This document shows positions 1 to 11,616 of a stretch of 50,723 bases of DNA, piece by piece. Both the position numbers and the translations under genes were made by a program. The DNA is from Candidatus Aegiribacteria sp. (GTDB lineage: Bacteria > Fermentibacterota > Fermentibacteria > Fermentibacterales > JCC-6), in contig JAWOBF010000091.1 in assembly GCA_046498225.1 (NCBI GenBank), forward strand, positions 1-50,723, in the 5' to 3' direction. Positions within the stretch are counted from its first letter, which is position 1. Every line of letters starts with the position of its first letter. Under the pieces are notes generated by a model. That model was given only the letters and a program-made list of their open reading frames with translations, had not been told where the DNA came from and searched no databases.

Positions 1-2
1 AT

Positions 3-140
3 GACGCACTCTCCGCCGGGCTTTCAGGAGGAGGCCGGCTTATCAGCGCCTGGGAGACATCAGGCGGAATATCCCACAGCCTGAGGAACATCTTCTCCGC
101 CCTGGCGAAGCTGTCAGACAGTCTCGTCGGAATGGGATGA
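3..140 (+). CDS. Probable 3' end of a gene entering the window (partial, unknown function)
   Basis: Frame 3 is open from the window edge to TGA at 138-140 (DALSAGLSGGGRLISAWETS...LVGMG*) and converges on uvrA with a 27-nt overlap. No recognisable motif. Confidence 0.4.
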   Translation, partial: DALSAGLSGGGRLISAWETSGGISHSLRNIFSALAKLSDSLVGMG

Positions 141-2957
141 GTCAGCCTCGAAAGCTCTTCTGAGGTACCTGCCCGTATGGGAATGCTCCACATCTGCCAG
201 CTGGTCGGGAGTTCCGGTGGCAAGTATCCTTCCTCCCTCCTCGCCCCCGTCCGGGCCCAGGTCGACTATCCACCCGGCGTTCTTGATGACGTCCATGTTG
301 TGCTCGATGACTATCACCGTATTGCCAGCCCTGACCAGCCTGCCGAGAACCATCAGCAGCTTCTTGACATCATGGAAATGCAGCCCGGTGGTAGGTTCGT
401 CCAGTATGTAAACGGTATGCGAGGAGCTGGGACGGGACAGTTCCCTTGCCAGTTTTATCCTCTGGGCCTCACCGCCGGAGAGGGTCGTGGCCGGCTGGCC
501 CAGATGTATGTAGCCGAGACCCACGTCGTCCAGAACCTTGAGTATCCTGTAAATGGCGGGAATACGCTGGAAGTGGTCCATTGCCTCGCTGACCGTCAGC
601 TCCAGGACCTCCGCTATGTTCAGCCCCCCGTAGGTTATCTTCAGTGTCTCCCGGTTGAACCTCCTGCCTCTGCAGGTCTTGCATTCGATGAACACATCGG
701 AGAGGAAATGCATCTCTATCTTCTTCACTCCCGCCCCCCCGCACTCCTCGCACCTGCCCCCCTTCACGTTGAAGCTGAACCTGCCCGGCTTGTAGCCCCT
801 TACTCTGGCCTGGGGGGTTTCGGCGAACAGGCCTCGAATGTGGTCGAAGACCTTGGTATAGGTGGCCGGGTTGGACCTGGGGGTCCTTCCTATGGGATCC
901 TGGGAGATGTTTATCACCTTGTCCACATTCTTGATACCCTCCAGCGATGAATAGGGGCCGGGCCTGACCTTCATGGAACCGCCCAGGGAAGCGGAGAGGG
1001 CCGGGTAGAGTGTCTGGCTTACAAGGGAACTCTTTCCGGAGCCCGAGACGCCGGTGACGCAGACGAACCTTCCCAGCGGTATCTTCAGGTCCACGTCCCT
1101 GAGGTTGTGCAGCCGGGCCCCGCGCAGCACCAGGTATCCGTCCGCCCTGCCGGAGGCGGGAACGGTCCTGTGGATGTACTTCCTGCCGGCCAGATAATCC
1201 CCGGTGAGAGAATTCTCGCAGGCCATTATCACCTCCGGTGTTCCCTCCGCCACTATGTTACCTCCGTGAACACCCGCCCCGGGGCCGAAATCCACTATGT
1301 GGTCGGCGGACATGATGGTCTCGTGGTCGTGCTCCACGACCAGCACCGTGTTGCCCAGGTCACGGAGTTCCTTCAGGGTGGCCAGCAGCCTCCTGTTGTC
1401 CCTCTGGTGAAGGCCGATGGTGGGTTCGTCCAGCACGTAGAGAACGCCGGTAAGACCGCTGCCTATCTGGCTGGCCAGCCTTATCCTCTGGGCCTCGCCC
1501 CCCGACAGGGTGGGGGAGGCTCTGTCCAGCGTGAGGTAATGAAGGCCGACGTTCATCAGGAACTCCAGCCTGTTGCCTATCTCCCTGAGGAGCTCCGAGG
1601 CCACCCTGCTCCTCCAGCTGTCCAGCTTCAGGTCCTGAAAGAAATCCCGGAGGTCCTGGACGGTCATGGAATTGAGGGAATGGATGCCGCTGTCTCCCAC
1701 CGTTACCGCCCTTGCCTCCCTCCTGAGCCGTGTGCCCCGGCACTCCGAACAGGGAGACTTGTTGAAGAATCTCTCGTAGTGCCTTCTGGCCGCCTGGCTC
1801 GATGTGCTTCGGTAGAGTCTCTCTATTCTGGGAATGACCCCTTCCCAGCTGGTCTCCCATACTCCCGAGCTGCTGCTGGAGGACCATGTCACGCTGATCT
1901 TCCTGTCGCCCGACCCGTACAGGATGACATCCTGGACCTCATCGGAAAGACTCTGCCAGGGGGCTCCGGGATTGAAATCCAGCTCCCTGGCAAGGGCTCT
2001 GACCAGGTTCCTTCCCTGGCCGGAGGGAACTCCCCAGGGCGCCACCGCTCCGTCCTTGATGGAAAGGGCTTTCCTGGGTACGACCAGAAGCGGGTCCACT
2101 TTCATCTCGAAGCCCAGTCCGGAACACTCCGGGCACATTCCCAGGGGGTTGTTGAAGCTGAAGAGCTGGGGAGTGAGTTCGGGCATGCTGACCCCGCAGT
2201 AGGCGCAGGCGCTGTGCTCGCTCATGAGGAACTCCCGGCCGGAATCCGCGTCTATGACCGAAAGTATACCGTCACCTTCCGAGAGGGCGGTCTCAACGGA
2301 ATCCATGAGCCTGCTTCCCGCGTCCTCCTCTACCACCACCCGGTCCACTATCAGGTGGATCGTGTGCTTTCTTCTCCGGTCCAGCTGTATGTTCTCCTCC
2401 AGGCTCCTGGTCTCGCCGTCCACCATCACTCTCACGTATCCGCGCTTTCTCAGGGCCGGGAAGAGGTCCGCCCAGGCGCCCTTCCTGTTCCTTGCCACGG
2501 GGGCGGTTATAAGCAGCCTGGTCCCGGCCGGCAGTTCCAGGATACGGTCCACCATCTGCTGTGGCGACTGGCTGGAAACCTCCCTGCCGCACTCGGGGCA
2601 GTGAGGCAGTCCTACCCTCGCGTAGAGGACCCTCAGGTAATCGGATATCTCTGTCACCGTGCCCACGGTGGACCTGGGGTTGTGGCTAACCGTCTTCTGC
2701 TCGATGGAAATGGCAGGTGACAGGCCCTCTATGCTCTCGTACTGGGGTTTTTCCAGCTGGCCAAGAAACTGCCTTGCGTAGGCTGACAGGGACTCGACAT
2801 AACGCCTCTGTCCCTCGGCGTACAGCGTATCGAACGCGAATGAACTCTTGCCGGAACCGGATACTCCCGTGAGGACCACCAGCCGGTTCCTCGGGAAGTC
2901 CACGGTTATGTTCTTGAGATTATGCTCCGCCGCGCCGCGTACGATTATCCTGTCCAT
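114..2957 (-). CDS. uvrA: Excinuclease ABC subunit A
   Basis: Two ABC ATPase domains (GVSGSGKSS twice, LSGGEAQRI, VLDEPTIGLH and ILDEPTTGLH), CxxC zinc fingers, LYAEGQRRYVESLS. Start placed at ATG 2957 (GGAG upstream); 2969 is the alternative. Confidence 0.98.
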   Translation of the reverse strand: MDRIIVRGAAEHNLKNITVDFPRNRLVVLTGVSGSGKSSFAFDTLYAEGQRRYVESLSAYARQFLGQLEKPQYESIEGLSPAISIEQKTVSHNPRSTVGTVTEISDYLRVLYARVGLPHCPECGREVSSQSPQQMVDRILELPAGTRLLITAPVARNRKGAWADLFPALRKRGYVRVMVDGETRSLEENIQLDRRRKHTIHLIVDRVVVEEDAGSRLMDSVETALSEGDGILSVIDADSGREFLMSEHSACAYCGVSMPELTPQLFSFNNPLGMCPECSGLGFEMKVDPLLVVPRKALSIKDGAVAPWGVPSGQGRNLVRALARELDFNPGAPWQSLSDEVQDVILYGSGDRKISVTWSSSSSSGVWETSWEGVIPRIERLYRSTSSQAARRHYERFFNKSPCSECRGTRLRREARAVTVGDSGIHSLNSMTVQDLRDFFQDLKLDSWRSRVASELLREIGNRLEFLMNVGLHYLTLDRASPTLSGGEAQRIRLASQIGSGLTGVLYVLDEPTIGLHQRDNRRLLATLKELRDLGNTVLVVEHDHETIMSADHIVDFGPGAGVHGGNIVAEGTPEVIMACENSLTGDYLAGRKYIHRTVPASGRADGYLVLRGARLHNLRDVDLKIPLGRFVCVTGVSGSGKSSLVSQTLYPALSASLGGSMKVRPGPYSSLEGIKNVDKVINISQDPIGRTPRSNPATYTKVFDHIRGLFAETPQARVRGYKPGRFSFNVKGGRCEECGGAGVKKIEMHFLSDVFIECKTCRGRRFNRETLKITYGGLNIAEVLELTVSEAMDHFQRIPAIYRILKVLDDVGLGYIHLGQPATTLSGGEAQRIKLARELSRPSSSHTVYILDEPTTGLHFHDVKKLLMVLGRLVRAGNTVIVIEHNMDVIKNAGWIVDLGPDGGEEGGRILATGTPDQLADVEHSHTGRYLRRAFEADSSHSDETV

Positions 2958-3134
2958 ATCAATCTCCATAGATCCCTGGGGTCAGACACTTCCCGCAACT
3001 CTATACTATACAACCGGCGCAAGGGGGCGCGATGTGCCACAATAGCACGGCGGACCAGCACCCCGACGGGTCGTCACGGGGACATAGGTTCTCTATTAGG
3101 TTGTAATGCAGTTATTTGCAACATAGTGAACTTC

Positions 3135-3150
3135 TGGCATGAGGATTGCT
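3135..3150 (+). promoter_or_regulatory. Sigma54 (-24/-12) promoter for the dnaK operon
   Basis: TGGCAT-GAGGA-TTGCT matches TGGCAC-N5-TTGCW with exact GG-N10-GC spacing, about 100 nt upstream of dnaK. Confidence 0.7.
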
Positions 3151-3251
3151 CGAATCTATAAGTGAAATCGAGATCGGCTGTATGTCCGACAGGAATATTT
3201 AAGCAAGCACCCGAAAAGGGTAAGTAGAGATGATCAACGGGAGAGGATAAC

Positions 3252-5173
<1,922 letters not shown>

Positions 5174-5174
<1 letters not shown>

Positions 5175-5812
5175 TGGCTGATCCCAGAAGAAAACCGGCG
5201 AAGAAAAGGAACGGTACCTCCAGCAGGAGGAATGTGCCACGGCGGGAGGAGCGGGACGGAATGAATGATTCGAAGGTGGAGCAGGAAGAATTGCGCTCGC
5301 CTGAGACGGAAGAACCAGCCGCTCCTCCAGCCCCCGATGCAGAGAAGGTTCAGCTGAGGGAAAGGCTCATGCGGCTTCAGGCGGAGTTCGACAACTACAG
5401 GAAGCGCCAGGCCAGGGACTTCAGACGCCTCTGCTCTCAGGGCAAGAAGGAGCTGATACTGGAACTCCTGGCCGTGCTGGACAACTACCACAGGGCGGAG
5501 AAGCTGGTTCAGGAAGGTGGTCATTCCGTTGAGGAAATAGCCGACGGACTGATGAAGACCTCAGAGCAGCTTACGAGCATCCTGTGCCAGGAGGGACTGG
5601 AGGAACTGGGGGTAAAGAAGAACGACCCCTTCGATCCCAATATCCACGAGGCGATGCTCGCGGAGGATTCCGAGAACCTGGACAGGGATACGGTCCTGGA
5701 AGTATTTCAGAGGGGCTACCGTCTCGACGACGACCTCCTTCGCCCCGCGCGGGTCAAGGTCGGCAAGGCAAGGCCGAAAGAGGACGAGACCGGATCCGAA
5801 GGGGGAGAATAG
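5174..5812 (+). CDS. grpE: Nucleotide exchange factor GrpE
   Basis: RLQAEFDNYRKR, FDPNIHEA, VFQRGY...LLRPARVKV; lies between dnaK and dnaJ. Start is 5174 (TGATG overlap) or ATG 5261. Confidence 0.96.
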
Positions 5813-5818
5813 CCAATA

Positions 5819-6829
5819 GTGGACAAGAATCTCTATTCCGTACTGGGGGTCGACGAGGACGCCAGCCAGGAGGAACTGAAGAAGGCCTACCGGAAGCTGG
5901 CCAAGAAGTACCATCCTGACGCCAACCCCGGTGACAAAAGGGCGGAGGAGCGTTTCAAGGCTGTTTCCGAGGCCTACGACATCCTGGGCAGCAAGGAGAA
6001 GAGGGCCCAGTACGACCAGATGCGAAAGGGCGGCGGAAACTTCTCCTGGAGCGATGCCGGAGGCGGCCGGGAAGGAACGCCCTTCGGAGACGGCGGTCTG
6101 GCGGATATCCTCCGGTCAATGTTCGGCGGAGGCGGCGGAGGCGGTTTTGACACCGCCGGATTCGGCCGAAGAAAGGCTCCCAGGACCGCGGTTACCGTGG
6201 ACGTGCCCTTCAGGACAGCGGCGCTGGGAGGCACGGTAAGGGCCAGCCTTCAGGTCCCCACTACCTGCCCGGCCTGCATGGGAGCGGGCGGCTCGGGAGA
6301 ACAGTCATGCAGCCAGTGCGGCGGCAGCGGCAGGATACAGCAGGGACAGATGGTGATGCCCTGCCCGGCATGCGGAGGCAGCGGCAGGACCTATTCCAGC
6401 ATATGCGCGAACTGCAATGGTTCGGGCGAGGTGACGTCGGTTGAGACCGTGGACCTGAAAGTGCCGGCCGGGTCCGATGACGGGACCGTCCTCAGGCTGG
6501 CCACACCTTCCAGAAGGACAGTGATGGTCAAGCTCAGGGTGAAGCCGGACAGCTTCTTCCGCAGAGAGGGAAGGGACATTCACTGTACCGTGAAAATATC
6601 GGCCCCTCAGGCTGTTCTCGGCACAAAACTGAAGATAAGGACGCTTGACGGCAAAGTCATGCTGAAGATACACCCCGGAACCCAGCCCGGCACCACTCTG
6701 CGGATACCCGGCAAGGGAGTCCCGTACAGGGGGACGAAGGGGGACCAGCTGGTGCACGTTGAGGTGAAGCTGCCGAAATCTCCCTCCGAGGAAGAAAGGA
6801 AGATGTGGGAAAAGCTGTCGAACTTCTGA
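5819..6829 (+). CDS. dnaJ: Chaperone DnaJ
   Basis: J-domain with HPD, G/F-rich region, four CxxCxGxG motifs, C-terminal domain ([14 protein letters not shown]); GTG start. Confidence 0.96.
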   Translation: MDKNLYSVLGVDEDASQEELKKAYRKLAKKYHPDANPGDKRAEERFKAVSEAYDILGSKEKRAQYDQMRKGGGNFSWSDAGGGREGTPFGDGGLADILRSMFGGGGGGGFDTAGFGRRKAPRTAVTVDVPFRTAALGGTVRASLQVPTTCPACMGAGGSGEQSCSQCGGSGRIQQGQMVMPCPACGGSGRTYSSICANCNGSGEVTSVETVDLKVPAGSDDGTVLRLATPSRRTVMVKLRVKPDSFFRREGRDIHCTVKISAPQAVLGTKLKIRTLDGKVMLKIHPGTQPGTTLRIPGKGVPYRGTKGDQLVHVEVKLPKSPSEEERKMWEKLSNF

Positions 6830-6914
6830 TGCTTGACGACCGCGGCCGCCCTTATTATTCCCCGGGGGTGACGTGGACGCGTGTACTCAATCGAAAGATA
6901 GAAGGGGAGCCTTT

Positions 6915-7091
6915 TTGAACTACTCCTATCTGGCTCTATTGGTGCCCGGGTTCTTCCTGTCCGTGGCGGGTTTCGTGATGCTGGGGAAGAAACTGCATCC
7001 GGTCATTACCGGGCTCATGTTCCTGACGGGAATGGCGGCAGTTGTACTTGGAGTACTTCTGACCTGTGTGCCCGATTTCTTCTCAGGCTAG
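6915..7091 (+). CDS. Small two-TM membrane protein (about 58 aa), unknown function
   Basis: TTG start at 6915 after GGGGAG; two hydrophobic stretches separated by GKKLHP; fills the gap between dnaJ and the convergent TPR gene. Confidence 0.6.
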   Translation: MNYSYLALLVPGFFLSVAGFVMLGKKLHPVITGLMFLTGMAAVVLGVLLTCVPDFFSG

Positions 7092-7092
7092 G

Positions 7093-7911
7093 TCAATCCA
7101 GAAGCCCCAGCTTTTTGAAATTGTCCATGAATTCCGACAGCAGCGCATCGTCGGGATGGATACCGTGGGCTTTCTCCGCCAGCTCCGCCGCTTTCTCCAG
7201 GGAGTTGTCCTGGACCAGCTGCCTTATCCTGCTGATGTACTCCCCAGCGGAGTCGACAGCTGACCCCGCGGGTTTCTGCGGGATGGGTTCCGGTTCGGCG
7301 GGAGCCTCATGCGTTCCGGAGCCTTCCTCCAGGTCTTCAAGGAGCCGGTCAAGTCCGGTCGCCAGGGGAAGGATGTCGAATGCCTCCCTGGCCAGTACCA
7401 GCGCTTTGACCGTTTCACCGGACTCGAATTTTTTCCTGGCTATCTGAACGAGGTTGGCCGATTTTATCCTGGCTCTCAGGAGATCGATCCTGCTCTGCAC
7501 TTCAGGGTCATCGGGCGCCAGCTGCCTCGCCTTCTTCAGGTAGGCGACCGCCTTCTGCTGGTGACCATTTTCGTATTCCATGTCGGAAGCTTCGAACAGC
7601 TTGAACAGCCGATCCTCTGAGGCCATTGATGATGTCCTTTCATGGTTCATGTCCGCGGCTGGTTCCGGCTCGGGTTCGGGTGTCATTTCCGGCTCCGGCT
7701 CGGGTTCGGTCTCCGGGACGGTCTCCTCCCGGTAATCGGTCTTCAGCTTCTTCTTGCCTATGACCTTGATCACCTGGACCAGAACGCCGTTGTTATCGTC
7801 GATCTCAACGGCTTTTCTCATAAGGTCAAGGGCTTCGTCCCTCTTTCCCTGGATGAGTTTCTTCTTGGATTTCCTCACCAGGCTGGCGATGATCTTCACG
7901 TTCTTCTTCAA
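7093..7911 (-). CDS. Tetratricopeptide-repeat protein
   Basis: Several TPR-like helical pairs (ALDLMRKAVEIDDNN, AVAYLKKARQLAPDD, AAELAEKAHGIHPDD) joined by PE-rich linkers; TTG at 7911 preceded by GGAGG. Confidence 0.8.
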   Translation of the reverse strand: MKKNVKIIASLVRKSKKKLIQGKRDEALDLMRKAVEIDDNNGVLVQVIKVIGKKKLKTDYREETVPETEPEPEPEMTPEPEPEPAADMNHERTSSMASEDRLFKLFEASDMEYENGHQQKAVAYLKKARQLAPDDPEVQSRIDLLRARIKSANLVQIARKKFESGETVKALVLAREAFDILPLATGLDRLLEDLEEGSGTHEAPAEPEPIPQKPAGSAVDSAGEYISRIRQLVQDNSLEKAAELAEKAHGIHPDDALLSEFMDNFKKLGLLD

Positions 7912-8073
7912 TGATGCCTCCGGAAATGCATTGACTTTGAAGACCAAAGATAATACAAGAGTGTATGCATGGGGAACCGTGCCAGTATATCCAGAACGGG
8001 GGATGTCAGCAAGAGCTTCATCGCTCCCCCCGGCCGGGGCGGAAGGACGCGCGTTGAGCGTCGGGTCGCAGCA

Positions 8074-8101
8074 TTGACGCCGGCCGTATATATTGTATCA
8101 T
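8074..8101 (+). promoter_or_regulatory. Sigma70-type promoter of the metK operon
   Basis: TTGACG (8074-8079), 16-nt spacer, TATCAT (8096-8101). Predicted start near 8108 coincides with the riboswitch 5' end. Confidence 0.65.
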
Positions 8102-8108
8102 AACTTTT

Positions 8109-8163
8109 CGTGGAATGATTTGGGGTATATTGCAACCACGCTAAAAAAAGTGCTAAAAAGCCG
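8109..8163 (+). ncRNA. SAM-II (SAM-alpha)-like riboswitch aptamer
   Basis: CGUGG...CCACG P1 (8109-13/8136-40), conserved UGAUUU, UUGC, A-rich linker and GCUAAA in SAM-II order; directly upstream of metK. Confidence 0.85.
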
Positions 8164-8175
8164 ATAGCTCACCTC

Positions 8176-8203
8176 AGGCCGCCGGCTGGCGGCTTTTTCT
8201 TTT
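8176..8203 (+). terminator. Intrinsic terminator (riboswitch expression platform)
   Basis: GCCGCC-GGCT-GGCGGC hairpin (8178-8193) followed by TTTTTCTTTT, located before the metK start. Confidence 0.85.
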
Positions 8204-8234
8204 CGGCTGAGAGATTAGAGAGGTAAGACCAATC

Positions 8235-9389
8235 ATGACCATGTTCACAAGCGAATCCGTTTCGGAGGGTCATCCCGACAAGATCTGCGATCAGATATCG
8301 GATGCCGTTCTCGACGCGCATCTGAGGGAGGACCCGGAGTCCCACGTGGCCTGCGAGACCCTGGTCACCACCAACTTCTGCCTGCTGGCGGGAGAGGTGA
8401 AGAGCCACGGAGAGGTGGATTACGAGAGTGTAGCCCGGGAGACCATCGAATCCATAGGCTACGATGTCCCCGACCTGGGTTTCCACCATCAGGAGAACAC
8501 CTACCGGATCAGGATACATTCCCAGTCACCGGACATAGATCACGGCGTCGTGGACAATCAGGGCGCGGGAGACCAGGGTCTGATGTTCGGTTTCGCGTGC
8601 ACGGAGACCGAAGCCCTGATGCCATACCCGATACAGCTGGCCCACAGGCTGCTGGAAAAGCTCAGAGAATCCCGCAGGGCCGGAGAGCTGCCCTGGGCCA
8701 GGCCGGACGCCAAAAGCCAGGTCACAGTTGAGTACAGTGGACACAGACCGATATCCGTTGATGAGATACTTATGTCGGTCCACCATGCCCCGGATGCGTC
8801 AAACAGGGAGATGATGGACGATGTGCTGAAGAAGGTCATACAGCCTGTCCTGGATAACTGCAGACCCATACTTCCCTGGAAGGGAAAGCTGCTCTTCAAT
8901 CCATCCGGAAGATTCGCCATAGGCGGCCCCCATGGCGACGCGGGGCTCACCGGAAGGAAGATAATCGTGGACACCTACGGCGGCACCGGAAGACACGGCG
9001 GCGGAGCCTTCTCCGGCAAGGACTCCACCAAGGTCGACCGCTCGGCAGCCTACATGGCAAGGCACATTGCCAAGAACATAGTCAGCGCCGGTATCGCCGA
9101 CAGGTGCGAGATCCAGCTGGCGTACGCCATCGGAAAAGCCGACCCCGTATCGGTCATGGTGGATACATTCGGCACCGGCAAGGCCGGGGACAACGGCGAG
9201 ATAGAGAAAGCGGTCAGGGATATCTTCCCCCTTCGCCCCTACAGGATCATTGAGTATCTTGGGCTGAAGAACCCCATATTCTCCAGGACTTCCTCCTTCG
9301 GACACTTCGGAAGGGAGCCCGGGGAAGATGGACACTTCACATGGGAGAAGACCGACAGGGCCGAGGAGCTTGCCTCAAGGCTTCTCTAG
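8235..9389 (+). CDS. metK: S-adenosylmethionine synthetase
   Basis: FTSESVSEGHPDK, GAGDQG, GLTGRKIIVDTYGG, GGGAFSGKD. Confidence 0.99.
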   Translation: MTMFTSESVSEGHPDKICDQISDAVLDAHLREDPESHVACETLVTTNFCLLAGEVKSHGEVDYESVARETIESIGYDVPDLGFHHQENTYRIRIHSQSPDIDHGVVDNQGAGDQGLMFGFACTETEALMPYPIQLAHRLLEKLRESRRAGELPWARPDAKSQVTVEYSGHRPISVDEILMSVHHAPDASNREMMDDVLKKVIQPVLDNCRPILPWKGKLLFNPSGRFAIGGPHGDAGLTGRKIIVDTYGGTGRHGGGAFSGKDSTKVDRSAAYMARHIAKNIVSAGIADRCEIQLAYAIGKADPVSVMVDTFGTGKAGDNGEIEKAVRDIFPLRPYRIIEYLGLKNPIFSRTSSFGHFGREPGEDGHFTWEKTDRAEELASRLL

Positions 9390-9410
9390 ACCTGTCGACG
9401 GGAGACTGAT

Positions 9411-10526
9411 TTGATAGCCGTACTGCTGATGGCCGCCGCCGTATCCGCCGGTTCGCTGGACAGCCTTGACGCTTCCCTGCAGGAAACACAGCGGGAGATA
9501 GCGCGGCTGGAGGAGGATGAGGCCGCTCTCTCCACCATCCTGGATGCCATTCATCAGCATCTGACCACCGCCAGGCAGTACTACAACGAGCTGGCGCTGG
9601 AGGAGGCCCGCATAATGCAGCAGCTCAGCCGGGTGTCCACCGTCTTCACAGAGGAGGACTCCCTGAGAGAAGCCCTGGTGGAGAGCCTGTCCTCCTACAT
9701 GCTGTACCTCTACTCCCACCGCAACCTTGGAGGCGTGGGCAGCTTCTTTGTCGAGGGAGGGCTGAAAAGGCTTCTCCACCGGACCGCCTACGTGGATTAT
9801 CTGGCCTCGAGAGCCGCCAGTGAGGTGTTCCTGTTATCCATAAGCCAGGATTCCCTGGGCAGCTACAGGGATTCGCTGGAAGTGCTGCTGGTGGGAGTGC
9901 AGAGACTTCGGCAGCAGATGGAGGAGATACAGGAGGGGATATACGAGGAGGAGGCGAGGCAGGCTTCCATGAGGAACCAGGTCATGGGCAGGATAGCCGC
10001 CGCCCGGGAGTCCCTGGAAGTGCTGGAGGAAAGAAGGATAAGCAGGTCACAGTTCGTGACCCGGCTGAGCGCCCGGTCCAGCCCCTCGACCCCGTCCGAA
10101 ATCCTGCCGTCGCCGGACGCCGACAGCTACATGGACAGGAACAGGGGAGCGGTGCGGTGGCCCGCGAACGGCCAGGTGGTGAGGAATTTCGGAATCGAGA
10201 CCCACCAGCAGTACGGTACCCAGACGACAAGCGACGGAATCACCGTGGTAACCCCGCCTTCACAGGACGTCTGCGCATCGGGACCGGGTGAGGTCATGTA
10301 CGCCAGTGAGTTCCTGAGCATGGGTCAGATGGTGGTGCTGGACCATGGGGACGGTTACTTCACCATATATGGACACCTGGGTCAGCTTACGGTGAGCACG
10401 GGAGACCGGGTGGAGACCGGAAGTCCGGTGGGACGCTGCGGCTCGGTTCCCGGAGGCCGGCCCGGCTACTATTTCGAGATAAGAAAGGGAGGCGAACCGG
10501 TGAATCCCGCGGAGTACCTGGAATAG
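9411..10526 (+). CDS. Murein hydrolase activator EnvC-like protein (coiled coil plus degenerate M23 domain)
   Basis: Signal peptide, long coiled coil, C-terminal M23 fold (WPANGQVVRNFG...YFEIRKGGEPVNP). The HxxxD and HxH zinc ligands are incomplete (TTSDG, YGHL), as in EnvC. Confidence 0.8.
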   Translation: MIAVLLMAAAVSAGSLDSLDASLQETQREIARLEEDEAALSTILDAIHQHLTTARQYYNELALEEARIMQQLSRVSTVFTEEDSLREALVESLSSYMLYLYSHRNLGGVGSFFVEGGLKRLLHRTAYVDYLASRAASEVFLLSISQDSLGSYRDSLEVLLVGVQRLRQQMEEIQEGIYEEEARQASMRNQVMGRIAAARESLEVLEERRISRSQFVTRLSARSSPSTPSEILPSPDADSYMDRNRGAVRWPANGQVVRNFGIETHQQYGTQTTSDGITVVTPPSQDVCASGPGEVMYASEFLSMGQMVVLDHGDGYFTIYGHLGQLTVSTGDRVETGSPVGRCGSVPGGRPGYYFEIRKGGEPVNPAEYLE

Positions 10527-10527
10527 T

Positions 10528-11616
10528 ATGGGCTTGCTGAAGGTGGTCAGAGGACAGGAGAGAGCTTCCGAGCTGCTGGGCAGGTCCCTGTCCGGGGGAA
10601 GGCTCGCCCACGCCTACCTCTTCGCCGGACCCTCCGGTGTGGGTCGCCTTACGGCTGCGCTGGAGCTGGCCGCCGCGAAGATGTGCTCAGTCGGCGGAGA
10701 CGGCTACTGCGGGGAATGCAGGGATTGCGCGAGAGTATTCCATTTCCAGCACCCGGACGTTATGCTGACCATACCCCGGACCGGTTCGACGGCACCGGAA
10801 TCGGTGGCGGACCTGATGGAGACCAGGGCGAAGGACGGCATCACCCCCCTGAGGCTGGAGGGTAACACCAGGATAAGCATTCAACAGGTCAGAGAGCTGC
10901 AGGATAGGCTGTCAAGGAAGGCCTACGAGGACAGGGGTCACGTGGAGATCATCCTGGATGCCGACAGGATGGGTGTCGAGGCGGCGAATTCCCTTCTGAA
11001 GACACTGGAGGAGCCGCCGGAGGACACGGTGCTTGTGCTTCTGAGTTCCCGCTGGTCGGCGCTTCTGCCCACGGTGAGATCCAGGACCCAGCTGATACGG
11101 TTCAGAAGGCTGGATGAGGGCCTTATCAGGGACATCCTGATGGAGAGACTGGATATCGAAGGCGAAGAGGCGGAACAGCTCGCCCGGATCTCGGATGGAA
11201 GGCCCGGACTGGTCCTTTCAAGGAGCGGCGGGGCTTCCGGGAGGGATACCGCCTTCGCTCCCTCCTCCATCATCAGCCGGATAGAGAAATGCGATTCCGT
11301 CTCCGGGGCATTATCATTGGCATCCGAGGTTTCCAGAAAACTGGGCAGGGAAGGTTCGCTGGAGTTCTGCAGGGACATGCAGACATTCCTGCACGACCTC
11401 AGGAGAAGGGAGATTGGCATGCGGCCGCTGAGCCACACCTCCGAATCCACCGAGGGGTTCGGTCTGAGTTATGAAGCTCATTCCCTGGGGATGGAGCTGT
11501 TCAGGAAGGCCGAGGTCAGGCTGGCAGGGAATGGAAGGGCCGCCGTGGTCCTGTCCGCCGCATTCAGCGGCATGTGGGAAGTCCTTCGTCACGGCGGAAG
11601 GGGCGGCGTGAATTGA
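10528..11616 (+). CDS. holB: DNA polymerase III subunit delta'
   Basis: HAYLFAGPSGVG, CGECRDC, HPD, AANSLLKTLEEPP, LLPTVRSR. Confidence 0.93.
   Translation: MGLLKVVRGQERASELLGRSLSGGRLAHAYLFAGPSGVGRLTAALELAAAKMCSVGGDGYCGECRDCARVFHFQHPDVMLTIPRTGSTAPESVADLMETRAKDGITPLRLEGNTRISIQQVRELQDRLSRKAYEDRGHVEIILDADRMGVEAANSLLKTLEEPPEDTVLVLLSSRWSALLPTVRSRTQLIRFRRLDEGLIRDILMERLDIEGEEAEQLARISDGRPGLVLSRSGGASGRDTAFAPSSIISRIEKCDSVSGALSLASEVSRKLGREGSLEFCRDMQTFLHDLRRREIGMRPLSHTSESTEGFGLSYEAHSLGMELFRKAEVRLAGNGRAAVVLSAAFSGMWEVLRHGGRGGVN

Noticed and set aside
2978..2987. GGGGTCAGAC upstream of uvrA resembling the RAYT IR end
   Set aside because: Only about 8 nt are shared, with no partner repeat; compatible with chance.
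7660..7715. Short direct repeats (CCGGCTCGGGTTCGG twice)
   Set aside because: Encode a PEPEPE low-complexity linker; not CRISPR or a mobile repeat.
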